Shown here: piece by piece, positions 55,064-64,000 of the stretch
Layout of the letters: every line of letters begins with the position of its first letter
Position numbering within the stretch: position 1 is the first letter of the stretch
NCBI GenBank assembly: GCA_951406725.2
Contig: OX597821.1
Span: 74,276,001 to 74,340,000 of the forward strand
DNA from: Octopus vulgaris
Taxonomy: Eukaryota
Length of the DNA stretch: 64,000 bases
Direction: 5' to 3'
Position numbers and translations under genes: made by a program
The notes under the pieces: model-generated
The model's input: only the letters and a program-made list of their open reading frames with translations
Told to the model about the DNA's origin: nothing
The model's database searches: none

Positions 55064-55829
55064 AACAACAAACAAGATGAGGACAAATATTCGTCAAATG
55101 TAAATAAGTAAATAATGTACATAATTCTTCATCTCTCAAATATAGAACTGAACTAATATTCAAGAAAGCATTAAACATTGTTATGATTATATTGTAGATG
55201 AGATTCTTAAACACTTTGCATTGTCAACGCACGTGTAAGAGAACATTTGATTTAGTTTTCTAAACAGTTTTGTAGGTTTGTTGTTAAATCTAGCGAAACA
55301 TCTAGAATCCAAAAATAGTTAGGTTAGTGACTATCGGTGCCTCAACACCGAAAAGTCTGGATAATGTCCCTCCTTAATTTGTCTATGATCTAGTCATCAA
55401 TGCTTTTATTTATGCATAATCGGTCGTTCCTCTATGGGCCACACAATACGATGATAAGTTTCTTAGGAAGTATATCTAAGACGCATAATCCTACGGGATT
55501 ATATATATTTGCATTGTCCTACAACTCCGAACTAATGTCAATTATGTTCGATAATTACTACTCGGCGTAGTAATTATTGAACAGCAGAGTTTTTTTCCCG
55601 GCATTCAATATCGCCAACGTCTATTTCGATGTAGCTTATAGTGAAATCTTGAACGCAGTTTGATAGGTTGTTGCACGGAGAAGAGGAATAACATTAAAAA
55701 ACCTCCCTTGGATTGACATTGAAATTCAAAATTAAATACACTTCAGATATTCAGACGTTCAAAACTCCAACAAACCCAACATTATATTACTAGCGTCACA
55801 CATCCCGGAACAAAAATAAAGATTCATGA

Positions 55830-56338
55830 CCATCCTGTGTCACGCTGAATCTCCCCGAGAATTACATTAAGAGTACACGTGTCTGTGGAGTGCTCATCCA
55901 TCAGCCACGTTAATTTCAGTAGCAGGCTGTTCCGTTGATCGGGTCAACTGGAACCCTTGTCGTCGTGATTTGACGGACTGCCACTATACATATATACAAA
56001 AAAAGAGTAAAAAATATGTGAAGGTGCATAGCTGAGTGGTTAAAGCGCCGAGCTTACGCTCATGAGGTTGTGAGTTCGATTCCCGGACCCGGCTTTGTGT
56101 TGTGTTGTGTTGTGTTTGTTGTGTTCTTGAGCAAGGCTTTTTATTTTTACGTTGTTCCAGCTCACTCAGCTGTAAAAATGAGCTGCGAAATCACTGGTGC
56201 CAGGCTGTATTGGATAACATAGGTGGCATTGAGAAGGGAAGCTGATATGTATGGCAACTGCTGGTCTTCCATAAACAACCTTCCCCAGACTTTCTAGGCG
56301 TAAATCCTTGGTAATTCGCAACCGAAGGGGGTCTTTAT
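55830..56338 (+). mobile_element. SINE tail fragment (55830-55985) followed by SINE family D (56018-56338)
   Basis: Matches 63680-63825 and 6266-6618 respectively. Confidence 0.83.
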
Positions 56339-56349
56339 ATATATATATA

Positions 56350-56515
56350 TACGTGATGGGCTTCTTCCAGTTACCAAATCTACTCACAAAGCTTTGGTCT
56401 ATTACAGTCAAAGGCTATGATAGAGGGCACTTGCCCAAAGTGCCAAGCAGTGGAATTGAACCGGGAACCATGTGGTTAGGAAGGAAACCTCTAACCACAC
56501 AGCCCTTCCGGCGCT
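56350..56515 (-). mobile_element. SINE family A, 5' half
   Basis: cacttgcccaaagtgccaagcagtggaattgaaccgggaaccatgtggtt...accacacagcc. Confidence 0.82.
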
Positions 56516-57828
56516 TATGTTTGTTTGTTTTTCAAATGAATTAAGATAAATACATGACAAATTAACAACAGAAACAATTTATTAGTTAGTTAAGGAGGAT
56601 TAAAATGCAATGTCAGCATGGTAGGGAGTTTTTAACTAACAATAGCAAGGGACATATAATCAGGGATTGCGTTTAGATCTTCAGTGTTTCTGTCACGGCA
56701 TCGACATCTTCGAAATTAATTTGAAAGAACAAATGACAGATACGTTAAGAAGCTACGTGGCCTGCTAGAAAAATCAGTCAAATCGCCCTCAAATTTCGTG
56801 CAACGGTTGCCGGTTCTAATTTCATCAATTTCCCCATTCCCCTACCGGGTCCAATAAAATAAATACCAGACAATTCAATCCATTCTATCTTTCTCCCAGA
56901 ACATATTCCACGACCAGGAGTCATTGTTATTGTTTAAGAGACAGCGAAATACTCTGCTCTGACCGTTCTACAGATTTATGAGAATCTTTCGTCGATAATA
57001 AAGGATTATTTATTGCGTTTATAGAATTATTTTTTAACACACTCAGACACACACACACACACACACATACAAACCCGCACATACACGTCAAATTATATAT
57101 TATGTTTTTAGACAATATTTCGCTTGAAATCAATACAGCTTAATCAACTACCAGAAAAATAAAGAACAACTGGTCTGGACTCACCACTCAATGAGAATAT
57201 ACGAAAGACATTAATCTATGACATACGTAGAAGTCGGCTTTCTTAAGAAATTTTCATATTTCGACTTAATTATAAAGTTTTGTCGAAAAGTTTCTTGGGT
57301 AGATTTACACAAAATATTGATTATACGTGAGTGTATGTATGTATGTGTGCGTATAAATGTGTGTGTGTCTGTGTGTGTGTGTCTGTGTGTATGTATGTAT
57401 GTATGTATGTATGTATGTATGTATGTATGTATGTATGTATGTGTGTGATATACATGGCTGTGTGTGTATAAACCTTAGCGTATTTTGTAGAGATTACGTA
57501 ATATGTAGATTTCGTTGTTCTGACCTCGATATTTTGTTCTGTGAAAATTGTTAAAAAAATACTTAAAAAAAAAAATAAAACCATCTACAATTCAATTAAG
57601 ACCGGAGATATAATTTAAATTTTAAATTTGGTATATGAACAATTGTAATTGAAATGTAAGCAAAGTGCAATGTTCGGCGATATGAGATGAAGTTATTAAA
57701 ACATTGTAAAATATGTAGAAAATAATGGAATAAAAGTGAGAAGGTTTCCGTTGAGGAAAAATAGATGGAAAGACACAAAAGAACAAAAGAAACAGGTATA
57801 GAACAATACTGAGAGAGAAATAACAAAC

Positions 57829-57883
<55 letters not shown>

Positions 57884-58181
57884 TCTCGTTCACGCACACA
57901 CATACACATACATACAAATATAAAATTCCATGAATATTATAGTTGTACATACATACGCAATTACATACATACGTATTATTTTTATACAACAATATATGTA
58001 GTGTCTTCACTGTCATTTTGTTACCGAACGGGCTTCTGTTAAAACCTTCCGTGTGTGGAAGAGAAAATGACGTCGTCAGCGAAAGGTGAGTGGAAGTTGT
58101 AGTCTTCCATTCAAATATGTCTGACGCTTCTTATATTAACCTTCACACTTGGAATGTCTTTCAGTATCATGAATTGACTGC

Positions 58182-58677
<496 letters not shown>

Positions 58678-58683
58678 GAAGGA

Positions 58684-58733
<50 letters not shown>

Positions 58734-59283
58734 ATGATTACCTATGAAGAAAAAACAACCAATGCCAACGTAAGTGGCCCCCACAAAATATGAATTAATA
58801 AACGATTTGTACTTTACAAGAATGAAGTACGACCCAGAATAATGAGATTAAGGTCTAAGAAACTCACAACCAAACAAAACAAATGTGTATTCTCTTAGTC
58901 AGCTGCCAAACAGATATCACTATGGTTTCGACACCTAAGCAGTACCTTTTAATCCGGTGTTGTTAACTGCGATCGAAATATATTGGTCGCCTAGGAAACC
59001 ACCATCTCTATTTGTTTCTTTCGTGGTTCGAAAAAAGTTCGTTTTCCATGTTTTTATTTATATTCTCGTTTCTCATTTTGTTTAAGTTGTTTTGACGTCC
59101 TGTACCCATATATACATGTATATATACATATATATGTAAGTATGTACATATATGTATGTATATATGCATATATATATATATATATTATCTATATTATATA
59201 TATGTATATATTATTTATATTATATATATATTATTTATATTATATATATATATATATATTATTTATATTATATATATATATAT

Positions 59284-59330
<47 letters not shown>

Positions 59331-59432
59331 TGTATATATATAGATAGAGAGAGAGAAAGAGAGAGGGGGAGAGGGCGAAAGAGAGAGAGATGGTGGATTC
59401 CCATGCTTGGTACCACGCGTCAGATGTCTAAG

Positions 59433-59559
59433 TGATCATCGAGCAACGTGAGATGAAGTGTTTAGCTCAGAAGTACAACGCACCAACCGATCTAGGAAAT
59501 GAAACCACCATCTAGCGATCTTGAATACAACACTACAACCACTAAGCCATGCGCCCTCA

Positions 59560-59560
<1 letters not shown>
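59433..59560 (-). mobile_element. Degenerate SINE family D-related head
   Basis: gagcaacgtgagatgaagtgtttagctcagaag...accactaagccatgcgccctc. Confidence 0.65.
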
Positions 59561-59598
<38 letters not shown>

Positions 59599-60660
59599 CA
59601 AACATATTTGTGCTGCTTACTAGTCATTGTTTTTTTTTTCCAGAACACTGGTCAGAGATCCTAGGATGGTTGAACGCTTACTTTTTTCCTTTTAAATCAG
59701 AAACCAAGAATTAGGTGTCTCCCCCCTTGGCTTCAACCAGTCCTTCCACACCATCAGTTCGTGACAATCATAATGAAAATTGGTAGAAAAACTGTCGATA
59801 ATTCAATGCTTTGTGGTATTCAGTAACGAAGATTTACGTTCTGGAATGAAATCCCCTTTGTATTCATTATTTAGATCCAATTGAGGATATAGTCTCCATT
59901 TGAGAGACTATATCTTCATGTAATCCTTAGAGTGTTGCGTCTATATTATAAACCGGACATATTTTGAAAACTTATGTGTCTAAGCTAAACCTTTCTCACC
60001 ATTTTAGTGTCTGTCTTCTCTCCTGAACAATAAAATAAGAAACGGTCACACAAACGGTCAAACGGTCAGACAATGCAGAGATTATTCAATCAATTCGAAA
60101 CATTCCTTTACAAAATGTTGACCTTGAGTGATAGAAATTCGCAAATTTGTTTCTTTTTTTTTAATGCTACACATCTAAAATATTTTCACTGCCTCTTTAA
60201 TTTAACATTTTATAATTTGCTAATAACATTTGCTGTTAATAGCAATTATCAAGTCGTGTAAGAGAGAAAAACTGAAAGATAACTTCGTACAACTTCGTAC
60301 ACAGAATGGTAATGATATTCGGTGTTTAGGTAAAAAGTATGATAAAAGTCAATCTAATTCATATTTGAATTATTCTAGTGGTATGAAACATTGGGACATA
60401 CGAGCAGATGATTCTTACACCATTTTGCATATGTCATAGGCTCCGATTTAGCTTACATCAGGTCTCGTTTCGGGTAAACGGTATTGGCAAGTAACAAAAA
60501 TGACGAAATATCGATGTCTGTCGCTCCTGAATGTGATTGGATGCGAGTTATCTCGTTGCTTGTCTAAGACTTTCAGGTGTTTTAACACCAAGCGAATTGA
60601 TGAGAATACATTCTCCTATGGCTAGAAGTGCAACCTAAACACGAACTAACAGAACACATA

Positions 60661-60703
<43 letters not shown>

Positions 60704-60860
60704 GTGTGTGTATAAAAACACATATATATATATATGCATGTATGGATACCTGTATGTCGATATGTCTATATCTATCTATCGATCCTTCCCTCTCTCTCTT
60801 TCTCCATATATATATGTACACACACACATACATACATACATACATACATACAATACATAC

Positions 60861-60913
<53 letters not shown>

Positions 60914-61528
60914 CATACATACATACATACATACATACATACATAAAAACACACATCCATGTATGCATATATATGTCCCCTCTATGTTTAGCCCCTTGTG
61001 GGTAGTAAAGAAATATATATATATATGCATACATGGATGCGTGTATTCGTGTGCTTTGTTAATTCCAGATTCAGAGCCACCTGGTGGATTCTATTCCAGG
61101 GGCGACAATCATTCGATAATCGATGATGTTGCGGTAGTCATAAAATTTATTTCAGAAATTATTTTTAGAAACACATTGGTCGATGAGGGTCAGTTTTAAA
61201 ATATCGACGGCGATAATTTTGATGCCTGATTTCTAACCACTTGAATCAATATTGATCTGGGATAAGACCCAAAATTTAAAAAAATCTTTAAAAAAATCTC
61301 CCAGGAAAAAATGCCACGTTTATGGCGCTGGTGGTAGCAATAACGCAGACGCTCAAATTTTAGCTCGTCTTTTGAATGTATTGAAGGAATCAACGAAAAT
61401 CTGTTCCAGTAATACATACATATATGCATACACATATACATATGTATAGTATGTGTGCGTGTCTACAAATGTATACACATATAGCTGCGGTACCAAATCT
61501 AGCATACATTCTTACAAACATACATATG

Positions 61529-61595
<67 letters not shown>

Positions 61596-61685
61596 TTATT
61601 CAGTTTATTTTAAAATTTCTCACCAATAGAGGAAGAACCTGTTTCTAATCTAGATCCAAGGTTCCTTCTTTAGAATTTCAACATC

Positions 61686-61884
61686 ATGTAATCTCAAATT
61701 TTAAAACAAACATAATTTTCTTATGATTTCTTAAACATTCTCTAGAAGAACACTACGGAACCAAATATATGGCACCCTAGGCATAACACCAACATTAGCT
61801 TCCAACTTGTTGTCACTTGAGGTCTCTGGGTGAGACATGGAGCCAACTTTTACAAATGCAAAAGCAAAAGTCAAACATAAAATA

Positions 61885-61957
<73 letters not shown>
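61686..61957 (+). mobile_element. Probable 3' UTR of an R4/Dong-type LINE with (AAT)n tail
   Basis: Ends cttgaggtctctgggtgagacatgg...aaagtcaaacataaa(AAT)n; no coding part visible, assignment by resemblance only. Confidence 0.4.
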
Positions 61958-61959
<2 letters not shown>

Positions 61960-62151
61960 GGGATAGAAATATTTAAAGAAGACAACTAAGTTAATATTGG
62001 CATCGCTGTCTTTGAAAGACAATTCTTATGGGCTATGGATTTGTATCAACCAAGTCCGAAACGCAAATAAAACGGAATGGAGCCACGTCGGAAGAAGAAG
62101 TCGTCAACCCGGATTCCCTCATTGTGTCGTTCGGATTAGTAGAAATATTTC

Positions 62152-62556
62152 GCGGCTGTCTGGTAGGAAATTTTCTTCTCAACCACATGGATGCGGGTTC
62201 AGTTCCATTGCTTGGCACCTTAGGTATGTGTCTTCTGCTGTAGCCTCGGTTTGACCAAAGCCTTGTGAGTGAATTTCGTAGCCGGAAACAGGAAGAAGCT
62301 CGTCATATACACACGCACATATATGTCTTCATTTGTTTGCGTGTGTGTGTTTTTGCGTCTGTGTTTGTCCTCCACCGCTTGACAACCGGTGTTGGTGTAT
62401 TTATGTCCCCGTAACTTAGCAGTTCCACAAAAGGGGCCGATAGAATAATTACTAAGTTTAAAAAGTAAGTAGCGGGCTCGATTCGTTCAACTAGCAAGAT
62501 CTTGAAGGTGATGCTTCAGCATGGCCACACTCTAATGACTGAAACAAGTAAGAGAA
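62152..62556 (+). mobile_element. SINE family A (older, diverged)
   Basis: Co-linear with family consensus. Confidence 0.85.
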
Positions 62557-63457
62557 TATCACATATTAGATAATCTTATCTACCGTATGGTTAAGAGTTT
62601 GTTTTTGTTTTTAACCACGTCTCTTATTTATTTATTCATTTATTTATTTTGGAATTCACGTTATAAGACCCAAAGTCGATTCTATCTTCACTTCTTTTGA
62701 AGACAATGTATTTTGGAACCGACTTCATATCTCTCTCGCCAGGGCGAAACTCTAACTCTTGTCTGTATCGATCAATCACTCTGTCTGTCTGTCTCTCTCT
62801 TTCTGTGTTTCTCTTTCTCTCTGTGTCTCTGTCTGTCTGTTGGCTGTTTGTCTGTCTCTCTCACATACACATACACACATTTTTATTTATCGCTTTCTGG
62901 TACACTCAATGTGGGAAAACGAAAGTTTTCGTGTCTTCACGCGGCACCACACAGCCCCAGTAACTGTATCAGCATTTACCAAAAAACACAAAAGAAAAAT
63001 TGGAAAAGCTGATACTTTATACAGCTTGCCATTTCGAATCTCTATGGAGCTGAATTCTGCTGACATATGATGGATGGGCCAGTTCAGTAACGTGTGACAG
63101 AATCGTCACGCGATGTCTTTCCAAGTTTGGCGACAATGAAACTAGCAAAGATGGATTTAATTATTGCAACTGAAGCCGGTCCGTTGCATCTTGCCTTTGA
63201 TAATTCTTCAGCTAACATCACAGCACTCTTCTGTTTCGATGGAGATGTAAAATGTTACAATACTTAAAAGTAGTTCACATCTGAAGTCCTCGTGGGAGAA
63301 CTACGGTAGGTGAAGAACAGGATTTTGCTTGTTAATAGTTTGCAATATGGAACTTAAAATACTCCAAGGATTAGAACTTAAAATCGTCGAAGGATTAGAA
63401 GGCAGCAATTTTGAGAGGAGGAGTTAGTCAATGCCATCAACTTAGAACAAGATTGTT

Positions 63458-63960
63458 GTGGAGCTGCAATAGCCCAGTGGTTAGGGCAGGGGACTCGCGG
63501 TCGTGGAATTGCGGTTTTGCTTCCCAGACCTGGCGTTGTGAGTGTTTATTGAGCGAAAACACCTAAAGCTTCACGAGGCTCCGACAGGGGCTGGAGGCGA
63601 ACCTTTCTTTACTCCTTCACCATAACTTTCTCTCACTCTTTCTTCCTGTTTTTGTTGTACCTGTATTTCAAAGGGCCAGCCTTGTCACTTGCTGTGTCAC
63701 GCTGAATTTCCATGAGAACTACATTAAGGGTATACGTGACTATGGAGTACTCAGCCACATGCACGTTAATTTCACGAGCAGGCTGTCCCGTTGATCAGAT
63801 CAACTGGAACCGACGGAGTGCCACGAATATATGACTGATACTTTATTTTATCGCTCTCGGTAGAATGAAAGACAAAGTTGATCTCGGTTGAACTTGAGCT
63901 CAGAATGTGAACAGCCGAACTAAACAATGCAAAGCATATCATCCGACGCTTTAACGAGTG
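63458..63960. mobile_element. SINE family C with extended tail (63458-63825, +) followed by degenerate family B (63832-63960, -)
   Basis: Head matches 23216; tail matches 55830-55985; agaatgaaagacaaagttgatctcgg...ctcagaatgt matches family B. Confidence 0.8.
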
Positions 63961-64000
63961 TGATCGAATGGCTTTTGGCTCGTGGATTTTGATTGCCATC

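Noticed and set aside
55327-55362. Hairpin gactatcggtg/caccgaaaagtc followed by GAAA-GUC
   Set aside because: CUGANGA is absent; a simple short hairpin is expected by chance
58020-58095. Strong splice donor AAG|GTGAGT suggesting a host exon
   Set aside because: No convincing upstream acceptor or recognisable coding frame; such 9-mers occur by chance
59883-59917. 14-bp stem hairpin gaggatatagtctc/gagactatatcttc
   Set aside because: Isolated and short, with no supporting context; not a terminator in a eukaryotic setting

Overview
AT-rich, microsatellite-saturated eukaryotic DNA, most likely intergenic or deep intronic. The repeat content resembles an octopus/cephalopod genome (inference from the SINE and microsatellite landscape, not verified). 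I found no host protein-coding exon, and most ORFs in the track are translations of (TA)n, (CA)n, (AAT)n or (GA)n tracts. The window holds: a complete but decayed Tc1-like transposon with DD36E spacing (7324-8581); a deleted mariner-like element; a TIR element with an 8-bp TSD; 3' fragments of R4/Dong-type, CR1/Jockey-type and possibly RTE LINEs; at least four Penelope-like (PLE) coding remnants; and dozens of copies of about four tRNA-derived SINE families. The most notable signal is a dense set of minimal type-I hammerhead ribozyme (HHR) motifs from several unrelated repeat families, often inside head-to-head inverted duplications. One family joins a tRNA-like Pol III head, an (AAT)n tract and an HHR, and shows a PLE-style 5' inversion. 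It is a candidate Penelope-mobilised, ribozyme-bearing SINE (53943-55150; second copy 31176-32706). All coordinates and pairings were read by eye and may be off by a few bases.
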